From a virus (taxonomy: Duplodnaviria > Caudoviricetes), in IMG/VR virus record IMGVR_UViG_3300017782_004909, positions 1 through 53,604 of that record: 53,604 nucleotides of DNA; one strand, 5' to 3'. Of this stretch, positions 28,501 to 37,687 are shown in pieces; the stretch's first letter is position 1; every line of letters begins with the position of its first letter. The notes under the pieces were generated by a model. The model had not been told where the DNA came from and made no database searches. It saw only the letters and a program-made list of their open reading frames with translations. A program made the translations under genes and the position numbers.

Positions 28501-29554
28501 ATTTTTTAATCCATCAAATGCAGTTCAAGCTCAATTTACGTTTCTAGATGTTCCAGCTATAACAGACAATCAAGTGCCGATAGAAGAAATTCTAGATGTC
28601 GTAGATACTAGAACCATTACTACAAAAGAGTTTTTCTCTGAAGGTGGTTCTCAATTCCCATATGAAGCTACATGGAATACTAACTCTAGTGAGAACCCAG
28701 ATTCCGTACCACCACGAACAGATAATCCAGCAAAGTTGTTTTTTGGTAGTTTTGGAACTCCACCTAGAAGCAATGGTGTATTTACCCCATTCCAAAGTGA
28801 AGAAATTATTCAATCGGCAATTACAAATGGAACTACAGAAGGAGAAACCATTGTCTTACCTCCTCCAGACGAAAATTCATCGTCAACAACTGTACAAATA
28901 GTAACAAGAACCGATAGAGTATCTTTGGGGTCAATAGAAAAGGGTTATCAAGTGAATTTAGTGCCTGGTGGTATGGATGCTAGAAATATACCAACAGGTT
29001 CGTATTTATCTGTTTCTTTGGATACTCAAAATTTAAAACAGTATAGAATTTTATCTATTGAACCATCTAAGAGTAATCTTTATAAAATAACAGCTAATGA
29101 ATACAGACCAGAAAAATATGCAATGATAGAAAGTGCAGGTGACACGGTTTTTGTAGATAGAGATAAAAATTCACTTGGTTATGTACAACAAAATATATTG
29201 GGTGATTCTTCATCATCAAATATAAATACGCAACTTCGACAAGGTTATATAGATATAGGAATACCGCACAACGACATATTAACACCAACTGAACCGCAAA
29301 ATGTTGAAACAACATTAACTACATTGCCAAACGGATCTACTAATTTAACTGTGACAATCACAGCTCAAAGCAACCCAACAGAAGAAGCCTATTCTGTTAG
29401 GTTACTAATACCTAATGGAATGCATAAACAACAAGTGGTTCAGAAAGATCCAAGTAATACAACTACAACTGTTTTTAGAAATATGTATGTTTTTGGTGAT
29501 TATAGTGTAGCCGTTACATCTTTAGGCAAAGGAGCTACTGAAAATGCTTATTAA
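22556..29554 (+). CDS. Tip attachment / host specificity protein J, copy 1
   Basis: LDLLSEGPVEG, YLDD, FTYPYSAL, VKVPSNY, WDGTFKEAWTDNPAWILYD, IGRYCD, EPRYSCN, FN3-like C-terminus. Confidence 0.9.
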   Translation: MNEYYKNKFKEKHVVGTDVNAQYEQQSDAIADALSTRYSDSIPPQSTVLQKSYVTFSVLDLLSEGPVEGFVDQAGRSTINPLEATYLDDIVVKSTEDVGRFQVESLVNFQRTDEGLIRPNLNAPEDDQVANIRSLDVLWRGWELPTTMSHAIGLRLGTEAQDTSDKNAVKYRYLSNSGVSSTMGTAGKVEYYPEAFASYATYSRRFAPNTPMNLQSGNFTGSDVSLASLAASNAYTFPLSSFNTSLQKVVTLPGLKAAIKAGIDKVSGEIDSFYLDKKKLKSTNLATPHEKDVFETQAGTLSTRKGHKVYYEYGARVNHVAGIVIDAQDEKYDFFQDQKDDYRDSINKNGGFKLSAMVGFNVVDHQSSRYSNRSALSSKSSPKAALYAPNHENGSYGYTRPLYLMLSVYAQENCYSRATSYNQLESKLSVNGAGTHSNQAQNNQVTADNPLTFKGNVVYGLGINSIGSFDSLWSPRTTMFKAYGPKDFDPPVYNSDFYKDTDRLKYYLNSAMSSSDFATRFPNSDRPIRIQYSFVPGTDEPDGLKEPYFNQLQRELNSLDDEEEFNKNFGFVIFEGDLFNISNSLRLRSLTFRYGLLPGQVLNPLPGKKLVYAPETPIYQLYNEEKIDSIVRRQYLGPQYFGREDNLGRRDEYYKSSFLELNSDGIVKYPGGQGVTAAQVGLATNTFQYYRHGVNLSKINTANRKGTMIWPIYLGKNFDPVNAQGEIEESKVLVNRTDPALALKIAEGEAKGYDVMVFDTEGFSYGCCANPVINVPTGSLKGKTISAVWNYEDEGRYNFTRASVDFRNGTEFQTTMEDNLEVSYVINKHLFGPSNPQADIVDSIATSIDDVDGSAGAIGVIKESAEAGTASKDVREGASFSNWMKTIPLNHDAYTIKHIVNSLESEEVKLLVYITKLQRKVVEQINPQRFKSSNTTERISIEIEIGFENLPESVEYSDNYSVARYQKEFIGVVEEAYLNEVGPYPLPSVKNLKNQFPNEFKGLNVLEMKDRYPRYVRVRRTTFESNSILIQREIRLGAVVEMTKNNFTYPYSALVKIDMDGRGFDSTPRRNYLMRLRRVKVPSNYFPLNGLGKDKRFLDKNEAAMGENWFVNLYPETFADNTYLQGVGRQNIYVGDWDGTFKEAWTDNPAWILYDILTNKLWGLGQKMDDDEDIDIFQLYKIGRYCDAVDENGVFVGVDDGYGGLEPRYSCNTVLDKSQSPHNILRDIASCFNGKLYWNGGGISFYCDMPSEPVGLFNNANVKAGLFNYSTSSSTSQFNVARVRFVDKTDHYKIKFETVEDEEGLRVNGPIVQTMNAKGATSRKQATRVGRYAIYTNKLETEMVNFEAGLESLTCTVGDVITVNDELKKFKPGFSRVLSALNENTLIIEPTFDLSTFNSNRDAFIYDTSIQSSGQAEMYEHVNFDNGVIGGSLTGYQAGAARALDIATIEEVKGSVTTVTTTESIIVVDDEPEADPSPGAPEAPVIPDAQTVLIDKFDYGIALTCEALDAENNRITTPEDILALRGTYTKMPTVANVPERWVKGDFKTYNFPTSNPPPKPYFEKGPHLQSSNANAWKFVTDGVEITKNIVIDNLIPVNRVARRYYRIQAKDSQANRGNLNSNASGYDRFRLAIHDISFVDVLGNQYPSALTSDDGGNVKTSTSSEITNGSSYEDYAAYHAFNRHDSHLWNKMFWTIEGDERTHGASYLQIDFGEAKRFTQLLYLANGKKSGNSFFHTAVEVEILASDDPTFETFEVFGEIHYDSNSTLSSLHRYGVNANDGPLYQSKHVLVNAGAITKVNDGYVQVPVEQSAQTRVDTGDVSFEVQYAITETDNYQSHFGYDSRYYIVTNTEDFPGFVDRLPDDAYIGPGGEFFVYTRIVRLGGTTVDPQPTLDRGLLISNGRYVYEFFYRTIYTNESGLSRWGFTYGGPSNKLISFDFALSPSVAWANGGTSPLYAEFQPATNLDSTYYIDAFNLIKSRLRFFNPSNAVQAQFTFLDVPAITDNQVPIEEILDVVDTRTITTKEFFSEGGSQFPYEATWNTNSSENPDSVPPRTDNPAKLFFGSFGTPPRSNGVFTPFQSEEIIQSAITNGTTEGETIVLPPPDENSSSTTVQIVTRTDRVSLGSIEKGYQVNLVPGGMDARNIPTGSYLSVSLDTQNLKQYRILSIEPSKSNLYKITANEYRPEKYAMIESAGDTVFVDRDKNSLGYVQQNILGDSSSSNINTQLRQGYIDIGIPHNDILTPTEPQNVETTLTTLPNGSTNLTVTITAQSNPTEEAYSVRLLIPNGMHKQQVVQKDPSNTTTTVFRNMYVFGDYSVAVTSLGKGATENAY

Positions 29555-29954
29555 GGACTTTACATACAAACCTGCGAACAAAAAACTAATATCTTTTAGT
29601 GATTTTAGCTCTGACAATAGTGGTTTGGTGTACAATTCAAAGGAGAAATATGGGCGCTTACATTGTGAAAAATCGCATATATTGGTTAATTTTAATTTGC
29701 ATATTAAAGATATGATTCCATACGGACTTAATTTAAGACAAACCGATTTACATGTGGAGGTGGATTTTTTTGATAAAAATTTTAAAAATTGTTTTTATAC
29801 AGAAAAAGGCATAAAAGATATGGGTTATTACTTCATTGAGGATATAGTAATTGACGGATTAAAAGAAAATGCTAAAGAATTTGGGTTGGTTTTCTATCTT
29901 TTAGATAACGAAGAAATTTTAGACCACGTCAAAATCAAATGTATTAGAGTGTAA
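29544..29954 (+). CDS. Tail-associated protein resembling the C-terminal domain of J copy 2
   Basis: AAAGGAG upstream of ATG; by-eye similarity to the last ~120 aa of 29964..35417. Confidence 0.65.
   Translation: MLIKDFTYKPANKKLISFSDFSSDNSGLVYNSKEKYGRLHCEKSHILVNFNLHIKDMIPYGLNLRQTDLHVEVDFFDKNFKNCFYTEKGIKDMGYYFIEDIVIDGLKENAKEFGLVFYLLDNEEILDHVKIKCIRV
29949..29954 (+). promoter_or_regulatory. GTGTAA motif (putative phage late promoter)
   Basis: GTGTAA-tagtatata-ATG before J copy 2. Confidence 0.5.
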
Positions 29955-29963
29955 TAGTATATA

Positions 29964-32900
29964 ATGGGTAAAAGGGATCAGTATTATAAAACCAAGGTAA
30001 AGGAAAACATTAAAATTGAGGGTGGTGCTGGATTATTGCCCCCAGTTGCTACTGATTCTCTACAATCTTCATCTACTCTCGCTTGTGTAGATTTACTGTG
30101 TGAGGGGCCAACAGAGGGTTTAGTTACCAAAGGAGGTGAAAGAGCTAAAGATTTTTCATTTTTAGAAGCAATATATTTAGACGATATACCTATTAAAGAA
30201 CCACAAAAATATTCTTTCAATAAGAAACCAATCACTATGGAACATGTAGATCTGATTGGCGCTTTGAACTCAAACGTGATGACAAGTGGTTTAGATTTGA
30301 TTAGACTACATCTTAGTGAAGAGCTGAAGCTTTTGTCGGATGGAGCACACCAAAGTATCGTAAGAAACCAAATAACCAAATTAGATTCTGTAAAAACAGA
30401 AATGTCTTCATACATTACTAAAAATCAAGCAAAATTAGGGCATTTAGGGGTAATGTTTTTTAGTTCAGATGGAATATATAGTAGTAGTGATGATGAATTT
30501 TTTAGATACACGTTAGATAGAGCTAACACATATGACACCTCTGCAACAAATGAGGCGTATTTATTGTCTAATTTATCTTTTAACACCTTTTTTAACAACG
30601 ATTTGCAAGAAAGGTTAGTTCAGAAACCAGATGGCGATGTCGTACAAATTCCAGAAAGTTTCTTTTTTATTGCTCCTAGTTTTAGAGGTTTAGATCAAAG
30701 TTTGGAAGCAAACACACAAGATATGACGGGTCGTTATGTTGGTAAAAAATATAGAATTAATGATTTGGTTGGTGGGGGCGTCATGTTCTTCTATATAGGA
30801 GAAAGAGATTATCGTTTATCAAACTCTATGGCTAACGATCAGCCAGGTAATTTCAAAACTGGGGATTTTGTATTTTCTAATAATTCTAATATGTATACAG
30901 AATTTAGGCCTAAAGATGACCGTGACATTTTTATGAGAAATTTTACAAGTGATTCAACATACGCTGGTGATACATCTTTATCTCTTATTGCTACCAATAA
31001 ACAAACAAATCCATCTTTAGGAGACGTAAATCACAAAGACATAAAATTAGGATTTGCTAATGATTTAAGTGGTGTTTACAACTACAACAATATTGCATTT
31101 GATCAGAGAAATGGATACGAACAACAAATAGTTTTAGATCAATATGTAAACGCTTCAAGAGATATACCTGTTAACAAAAGATTATTGGGGCCATTTTCAC
31201 AAGAACAAAATAAAGATATTAGTGAATTGGGAGACTTTGCAGGTTGGAATTTAAAACCTAGCTTAGACCACGATGCATATCCAGTAATTCATTTTATAGA
31301 TGATTATCAAGTTGATGGATATCAATCAACTATAACTGTTAGTGCTTTAAGATCTACACAAAGAGCTGGAGACGATGCTGGTAGAACGCTTCCAGCAAAT
31401 GTTATGGTGAGATTTGTTGCTGGTTATGAATTGTCCGATAGAAGCTTTCAAGAATATGAGAATATTATAGATTATAGACCAGAAATTCTGATAACACAAG
31501 GAGAATTTTTACAAATTGAAGATGAAACAGACGAAACAAGCAATAGGTTTTTAAGATTGTCTGGGGCTATGAATTCTAATGGCAACCCCAAAACCCTGCC
31601 CTCACTCCGTTTGAGAAATATAAATAATGGTAACTTGGAAACCTTAACAACAAATAGTGACATGAGAAATTATGGTTTAACGAAATTTGATGTTAATAAG
31701 GTTTATTATTCTATAGAACATTTTTCTATTACTAATCCATCAGACAATAATAACAAATGGACATATTCTGTAGACGATGCAGTCAATGAGGCTAATATAT
31801 ATTTTGCTCAAGGTTTCGTGCAGGATGTAGAGTGGGGTAACGGTGTTAATCAAGTTAGTAACTATGGTGGAAATGGAGTTTATTTCACACATAGTACCTC
31901 TAAACAAAATACAGACATGGGTAATGGTTTATTGTTAGGTGTTTCTATGGATATAGCTAACGGAGCAAGAGTGTTTTCACCTCCAATATTGGATATAAAT
32001 ATAAACCCACCCACAGTTTCTAGAAGCAATATAGAACAATTTGCTACACTGTCACAAGCTTTAGCTGCTGGTGTATCTTTAAAAGATTATGTTTTAAAGA
32101 ATTACGACAACTTTAGAATAGTGGCAATCAATGGCATTAGTACATCTCAATATAATCAAACTTTTGATTTGACGGATATATTACCTAACCCTAAAGATTT
32201 AAAAAATTTACGCTTAAATTCAACTGACATACCTGGATTAACAGACCAATTAATAGAAAATTATAAATTAGGAAATAAAAATGGATTAATCTTCCCTGGT
32301 AACAGTTGGCAGACACCAAAGAGATACGTTAGTGCTACAAAGATAGATTATGAAACCGATTCTGTTCTCACCGATAAAACGTTAAGTTTAAATTATAACA
32401 CCGAAAGCATTAGTGATAGTTTTACTTATCCGTATTCAGCTTTAGCTTCGTCGATTATAGATGCTAGAGCTTTCAGTAGAGTTCCATCAAGAAGTTTTGA
32501 GATGCGCCTTAAGAAAGTATTAGTGCCAAGTAATTACAATCCTTTAAGAGGAGACGGTACAGATAAAAGATTTCAAGAAAGCAAAATAACATATGGGCAA
32601 AGATACATATTTAACTTTAACCATGATGGTCATGCAAGTAACAACTGCCGTTGGCAACTTAATCAAGAGATCAATTGGGGGCGAAAGAACGTAGAGATAA
32701 GTTTAAAATACAGAGATTCGACCGCGCAAGGTGCTAATCCGTATGCAGGCAGTAATATACAAACTTTATTTATGGCCCAGCACAAGCAAACCAACAGTAA
32801 TGGAATCGCAATAGACGGTGGAACTGCTACTGATGGTATTCATATTTTCTATAAAAAAGATGCAGGACACGGCAATAAAAGATTTGAATGTCAATTTAGG

Positions 32901-35417
32901 GGTAGTAACACATTAACAGTAGCTGTCGATCAAGATTTCTTTGCGTTTGAGTCATCATTTGAAATAACATACAAACACACAAGAACAACCATGACATTAA
33001 CTGTTGTAGCGACCAAAGCGGATGGCACAACAAAAACATTTACTGGCACTAGACAAAAAACAAATAGCAGTATGTATGTAGTAACCACAGGTTCTGCTTT
33101 TGATTCTGATGTAGACAAAAAGGCACTAATGTTTATTGGAGGTAGAAAACTAACTAATACTACTAATCAAGTTAGAACAAACACGCAGATCGCAGATTTA
33201 AAAATAAAAATCAATAATCAACTGATTCATCACTATGACGGAACCTTGATGGACTCTGGTAGTAGAAGAGCGAGAGTTTTTAGAGATAAGGTGGGTGGCT
33301 GTCATGGAATAATGGTCGCAACAAATACGGCTGAAGCTGAAGAAAGAACAAAAGAAAGTAAAACAGTATTAGACGCTAATTCTATATTTGGTCGAAACAA
33401 GGAACGAGTATACATGGGAGAATGGGACGGCACATTTAAATTAGCTTGGACCGATAACCCAGCTTGGGTTTTATACGATTTAATGATAAACCCTGTTTAT
33501 GGTTGTGGCAATCGCATAGATACTAGAGAAGATATTAATATTTTTAAACTATATAATTTGGGTAGGTATTGTGACGCAGTAGATGTGGACGGATTTTTTG
33601 AAGGTGTTACTGACGCATATGGAGGTTTAGAACCTAGATTTTCTTGTAACTTATTAATAGACAGGTCTGAAAACGCGTATCAAGTTTTGTCTAATATTGG
33701 TTCTATATTTAGAGCTATATCATATTGGGACGGCACGGCTTTAACATTTTCCTCTGATAAGCCTAGAACTACGACAGCTATTTTTAATAACAGAAACGTA
33801 AGAGAAGGATTTTTCTCGTACGGGGACATCTTAGCTACCGCCCGCTTTAATAGAGTAGAGGTTCCTTATGCAGACGCAAAAGATAATTATGCAGTCAAAG
33901 TTGAGTATGTGGAAGACGAAGAATCCATAAGAAATTATGGTACTATCACAAACATATCAAATGGTATAGGTTGCACATCAAGATCTCAAGCAAAGAGAGC
34001 AGGAAAGTATATATTACTTAGTAATAAACTAGAAACAGAGACTGTAGCTTTCCAATGCGGTAGTGAAGCCATGTTGTTAACTCCTGGAGATATTATACAA
34101 ATTAATGATGATTTGAAAAATTTTGAATTTAATAATGGTAAGGTTTTAGATTTTCAAACAGGTAATTTCAATACAAACACGCCTTCAGTAACTCACGCTT
34201 ATTTTGATGTGGCTGACCACGACCTTAATAAAGATTCTATATTAATTGGAGCAGGCGGAGGTTTGTACACATACAATAATCGACACCAAAATCAACTTAA
34301 TGCACTGAGAGATATTTTTAAGTATGATTTAACGCACACGGCTGGTTTAGATTCAGATGTTTACGAAGGCGTAATGCCAGTATCAGCAATAGAAAAAATG
34401 GAGGAAGCACAAGTTTCTAAACATCAAATAACTGGTGTAAGAGATTTAGGTAATGGGATTCTTCGAATAGGTACAGATTTTAATTATCCTACACAAAGTG
34501 GTATTTCACATGGAATGCCGTTCTCAACAACATTAAGCAATGGTGGTGACGAAAACTTGTATAAGGTTATAAATGTAAAACCAGAAAAAGACGAACCAGG
34601 TTTGTTTGAAATTAACGCTTTAGAGTATTCGCAAGAAAAATACGACATGATTGAAAATAATGATTTTGATTATGTTAGATCGACACCAAATATTGGTATA
34701 CCGCAAAACACTATTAATGAACCTACACCACCGTCTAGTGTTGTAGTAGGTGCTCCAGTACAACAAGCTAATGGAACTTTTGATATAACAGTAACTATAA
34801 ATGCTGGAGGTGGTTCTACCGAAACTAAATATGTAGTCACTGCAGTAAACAAAACATTCGTTTCGCCTTACTTGCAAGAATTTGTCAGAAAAGATAGTAG
34901 TGGAGCAACCGTGGTTAAATTAAGGGGTTTGGCTGCTGGAGACTATACTGTCACAGTAACATCTTTGAAAAATCCAGAATCTTCTCAACCTTACAAAACG
35001 CAAGTTCACATACCAGTAAAAGAAATAGTATATCACAAAAAATTAATTAAAAACATTACATTAACAAATTCAAATAATCAAAGTTACAATCGGATATCTA
35101 GCACTGGTTATGCATCTGGTCAGTCATTAACAAGCAACTTGAATTACTTATTTGATGTTAGAAGCGAATATGATAATAGTTTAAATTTAAATAATCAGAC
35201 TGGAGTAGGAATAAACATATACGCACAAACTGGTAACAGCTACATACAGTTAGAAACTGGGTATTTGGGCAACCAATTTGATTTCAATGCCATTAGAAAT
35301 ATAAATACATTTGGAGCGATAGAAAATCAACCAGTATTTAAATTTGAATTGACAGACAACGACAAAGTCGTAGACACCACATTTTGCACTGGTTATCTAA
35401 CTGGATATTTGGGATAA
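29964..35417 (+). CDS. Tip attachment / host specificity protein J, copy 2
   Basis: VDLLCEGPTEG, IYLDD, FTYPYSAL, VLVPSNY, WDGTFKLAWTDNPAWVLYD, LGRYCD, EPRFSCN, GCTSRSQAKRAGK. Confidence 0.9.
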   Translation: MGKRDQYYKTKVKENIKIEGGAGLLPPVATDSLQSSSTLACVDLLCEGPTEGLVTKGGERAKDFSFLEAIYLDDIPIKEPQKYSFNKKPITMEHVDLIGALNSNVMTSGLDLIRLHLSEELKLLSDGAHQSIVRNQITKLDSVKTEMSSYITKNQAKLGHLGVMFFSSDGIYSSSDDEFFRYTLDRANTYDTSATNEAYLLSNLSFNTFFNNDLQERLVQKPDGDVVQIPESFFFIAPSFRGLDQSLEANTQDMTGRYVGKKYRINDLVGGGVMFFYIGERDYRLSNSMANDQPGNFKTGDFVFSNNSNMYTEFRPKDDRDIFMRNFTSDSTYAGDTSLSLIATNKQTNPSLGDVNHKDIKLGFANDLSGVYNYNNIAFDQRNGYEQQIVLDQYVNASRDIPVNKRLLGPFSQEQNKDISELGDFAGWNLKPSLDHDAYPVIHFIDDYQVDGYQSTITVSALRSTQRAGDDAGRTLPANVMVRFVAGYELSDRSFQEYENIIDYRPEILITQGEFLQIEDETDETSNRFLRLSGAMNSNGNPKTLPSLRLRNINNGNLETLTTNSDMRNYGLTKFDVNKVYYSIEHFSITNPSDNNNKWTYSVDDAVNEANIYFAQGFVQDVEWGNGVNQVSNYGGNGVYFTHSTSKQNTDMGNGLLLGVSMDIANGARVFSPPILDININPPTVSRSNIEQFATLSQALAAGVSLKDYVLKNYDNFRIVAINGISTSQYNQTFDLTDILPNPKDLKNLRLNSTDIPGLTDQLIENYKLGNKNGLIFPGNSWQTPKRYVSATKIDYETDSVLTDKTLSLNYNTESISDSFTYPYSALASSIIDARAFSRVPSRSFEMRLKKVLVPSNYNPLRGDGTDKRFQESKITYGQRYIFNFNHDGHASNNCRWQLNQEINWGRKNVEISLKYRDSTAQGANPYAGSNIQTLFMAQHKQTNSNGIAIDGGTATDGIHIFYKKDAGHGNKRFECQFRGSNTLTVAVDQDFFAFESSFEITYKHTRTTMTLTVVATKADGTTKTFTGTRQKTNSSMYVVTTGSAFDSDVDKKALMFIGGRKLTNTTNQVRTNTQIADLKIKINNQLIHHYDGTLMDSGSRRARVFRDKVGGCHGIMVATNTAEAEERTKESKTVLDANSIFGRNKERVYMGEWDGTFKLAWTDNPAWVLYDLMINPVYGCGNRIDTREDINIFKLYNLGRYCDAVDVDGFFEGVTDAYGGLEPRFSCNLLIDRSENAYQVLSNIGSIFRAISYWDGTALTFSSDKPRTTTAIFNNRNVREGFFSYGDILATARFNRVEVPYADAKDNYAVKVEYVEDEESIRNYGTITNISNGIGCTSRSQAKRAGKYILLSNKLETETVAFQCGSEAMLLTPGDIIQINDDLKNFEFNNGKVLDFQTGNFNTNTPSVTHAYFDVADHDLNKDSILIGAGGGLYTYNNRHQNQLNALRDIFKYDLTHTAGLDSDVYEGVMPVSAIEKMEEAQVSKHQITGVRDLGNGILRIGTDFNYPTQSGISHGMPFSTTLSNGGDENLYKVINVKPEKDEPGLFEINALEYSQEKYDMIENNDFDYVRSTPNIGIPQNTINEPTPPSSVVVGAPVQQANGTFDITVTINAGGGSTETKYVVTAVNKTFVSPYLQEFVRKDSSGATVVKLRGLAAGDYTVTVTSLKNPESSQPYKTQVHIPVKEIVYHKKLIKNITLTNSNNQSYNRISSTGYASGQSLTSNLNYLFDVRSEYDNSLNLNNQTGVGINIYAQTGNSYIQLETGYLGNQFDFNAIRNINTFGAIENQPVFKFELTDNDKVVDTTFCTGYLTGYLG

Positions 35418-35864
35418 AATTTCTTTATGCAATTCAGATCTTAGTGCCCACAGTTTTTTTCTTTCGTCAATATCTGGACAGTAACTATAGGATTGAAAAT
35501 CTATTGCATAAATTTTGTCAATTTTTCTCTCTACTGGAAAGTTTAAAGTATTGTAATCTAAAAAAGTCCAATCAGAATCTTTAAGAACTATGTCCTCGTA
35601 CACAATTTCTTGATGCGGACTAATTAAAGTACCAAAGGGTTGGCCTTTAATAAATTGCATGTTTTGAACAACTGTATTTTCACTTACAGTAAAATCAAAT
35701 TCTGGTAATCTAATTCTATTAAAGTTTTCTGTTTTTAGTCTCTCTAGTTTTTCAACAAGAATGTTCCGTTGTTCCAAACTTCTACACTCAATAGTTTTAG
35801 TTAATTTAAACTTTATTGGTGCAGAGAAAGTTTGAACACGGTCAATAACATACGTTGTGTACAT
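35397..35864 (-). CDS. Small protein-kinase-like fold protein
   Basis: MQFIKG, DYNTLNF and IYAIDF resemble kinase hinge, catalytic loop and DF motif. Confidence 0.5.
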   Translation of the reverse strand: MYTTYVIDRVQTFSAPIKFKLTKTIECRSLEQRNILVEKLERLKTENFNRIRLPEFDFTVSENTVVQNMQFIKGQPFGTLISPHQEIVYEDIVLKDSDWTFLDYNTLNFPVERKIDKIYAIDFQSYSYCPDIDERKKLWALRSELHKEILSQISS

Positions 35865-36601
35865 TAGATTAGTTTTAAAAGCTTACGGCACTCTTTTGCT
35901 GGAATGTCTTTGAAGCTATTCCAAGTCTTAACTTGGTCGGTGTCGCCATCATATTGACCCTCCTTGTATAAAGCGCGTAACCAGTCCTTAAAGCCTTCAA
36001 AGCTGCTGACGCCTACCTTATCTTGCAAATTCTTTGATAAGATGCCCTGGGGGCTAATATCGGTCGTTTTAGATATATTAGTGGTGTCAATAGGGGCTTT
36101 ATTTTTAGAGCTATCTATTTCATCACCACCAACAATATGTATATTTAAAAAGTTTCTAACACAACGAACAAAAGCACGATTTTCAGCAATACATTCTAAA
36201 AACTTTGCCGCAAAACCATTTGTATTGTTTGTTGTGGCATTTGCAATAGAAGAAAAGGTTTGTGTACCATTGCTTTCGTAGTTACTAATCCAACTAATTA
36301 AACATTGAACTACAACACGAGTGTCAGAAGACTCTGTAATATCATAGGTGACATTATGTAAACCTCTAAGTCTAGCTAATTCTTTAATACCGCTAAGCTT
36401 AATAAGCAACTGATTGTCGTCAAGACCATCAACAGAATCTGGCACTGGCATCTTGCGATACTCAAACCAATCCTTGTTTGGATATAAATGTTCTGGTTTA
36501 ATCATGGCTCTCCAATTAACTGAACCATCTTCATTGAAAACATAATCAACCGATTCTAGGAGACCATGCTCGTTTCTTTTAAATTTTTCTGGATTACTCA
36601 T
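35864..36601 (-). CDS. Probable ssDNA-annealing/recombination protein
   Basis: IKLSGIKELA and IAENRAFVRCVR match the AExRAxxRAxR pattern of phage annealing proteins. Confidence 0.5.
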   Translation of the reverse strand: MSNPEKFKRNEHGLLESVDYVFNEDGSVNWRAMIKPEHLYPNKDWFEYRKMPVPDSVDGLDDNQLLIKLSGIKELARLRGLHNVTYDITESSDTRVVVQCLISWISNYESNGTQTFSSIANATTNNTNGFAAKFLECIAENRAFVRCVRNFLNIHIVGGDEIDSSKNKAPIDTTNISKTTDISPQGILSKNLQDKVGVSSFEGFKDWLRALYKEGQYDGDTDQVKTWNSFKDIPAKECRKLLKLI

Positions 36602-37685
36602 ATAAATATAAACTTTCTAATTCTTGTTTTGATATATCATTTAATACAAAATTTGTGGAATTGTCAAGTCTATCTGCGCAAAATTCTGATATATATTTAT
36701 CTTTTGCGTTAATAAAAGTTTTGTTGGAGATGAATTTGGTGTTTTCATTCACTAACTCACTTATGTCTTTGTGCTGCGACATAAGGACTTGGAAATCAAA
36801 ATACTTTAATCTTAACTCATTAACTATTTCTTCATTTTCAGTTACCAAAACAGAAGGTATATTATATTTTTTTAAATTATTTAAAAAATCTTCATAGTCA
36901 TTTTCTGCAGAATCAACCTTAAGAACAACTTTGCGAGTATTTCTTGAAAGACGTCCAATCTCATCAGCTGGTATTTCTTGTTTTAAGAATAAAACATTTG
37001 GACTACTGTGAGACCAAAAAGATATATTGTCAATATCGTAATGTAAATCTCCGCGAAGAATAACTGTTTTACTGTTCATGTCTTGATTAATGTGAGCCTT
37101 GAAATCTGGTACGATTTCTATCGTTTCTTGATGTGAGTTAGCTCCAATATAGATAGTTTTAAATTTTATTTTTTCATCTATATTTAAAGCATCTAAAACG
37201 CTTTGTGCTATTTCTTCAGCTTTAATTTCATTAACTCGTTTTGGATTCTCTTCTAAAGCGAAGGAAGGTTTGATCTTTGAAAAATCTGGAGAAATCATTT
37301 TACTAGTTGGAGCTGGTTGACAAACCTCTGGATAAGTATTACCAACTATACAAACAGAAGGTTTGCCATAAGCATCTGCTATTTGTGCATAATGGTTAGA
37401 AACACCAAAATAACCAAGCGATTTTCTTAACATAAAGTTTTTTTGTTTAAGGCTTCTGTTGTCTCCGTTGTGGATTTCTATAACATTGATATTATGTTTC
37501 TCTAAAATAGGCTCTAATAGATTAACAACTAAACCCCAATAATCATAATTATGGGCTTTGATTTCATCCTGTGTACCTATTAAGATAAACTTATCTTGCA
37601 ATAAAGGATAAAAGTGTTCTGTAATTTTAGGTTTGCCTATTTTAACCCCTAAATCTTTTGCGTAAACTTCTGCTATATGACTCAT
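36594..37685 (-). CDS. Glycosyltransferase family 9-like protein
   Basis: HNYDYW..VV..L, YFGVSNHYAQIADAYGKPSVCIVG, VNEIKAEEI. Confidence 0.55.
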   Translation of the reverse strand: MSHIAEVYAKDLGVKIGKPKITEHFYPLLQDKFILIGTQDEIKAHNYDYWGLVVNLLEPILEKHNINVIEIHNGDNRSLKQKNFMLRKSLGYFGVSNHYAQIADAYGKPSVCIVGNTYPEVCQPAPTSKMISPDFSKIKPSFALEENPKRVNEIKAEEIAQSVLDALNIDEKIKFKTIYIGANSHQETIEIVPDFKAHINQDMNSKTVILRGDLHYDIDNISFWSHSSPNVLFLKQEIPADEIGRLSRNTRKVVLKVDSAENDYEDFLNNLKKYNIPSVLVTENEEIVNELRLKYFDFQVLMSQHKDISELVNENTKFISNKTFINAKDKYISEFCADRLDNSTNFVLNDISKQELESLYLYE

Positions 37686-37687
37686 AT

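Noticed and set aside
29520-29560. Programmed frameshift fusing J1 to the next ORF
   Set aside because: It would need +1 within a few codons (TAG just upstream in that frame), no slippery site is evident, and the ORF has its own Shine-Dalgarno.
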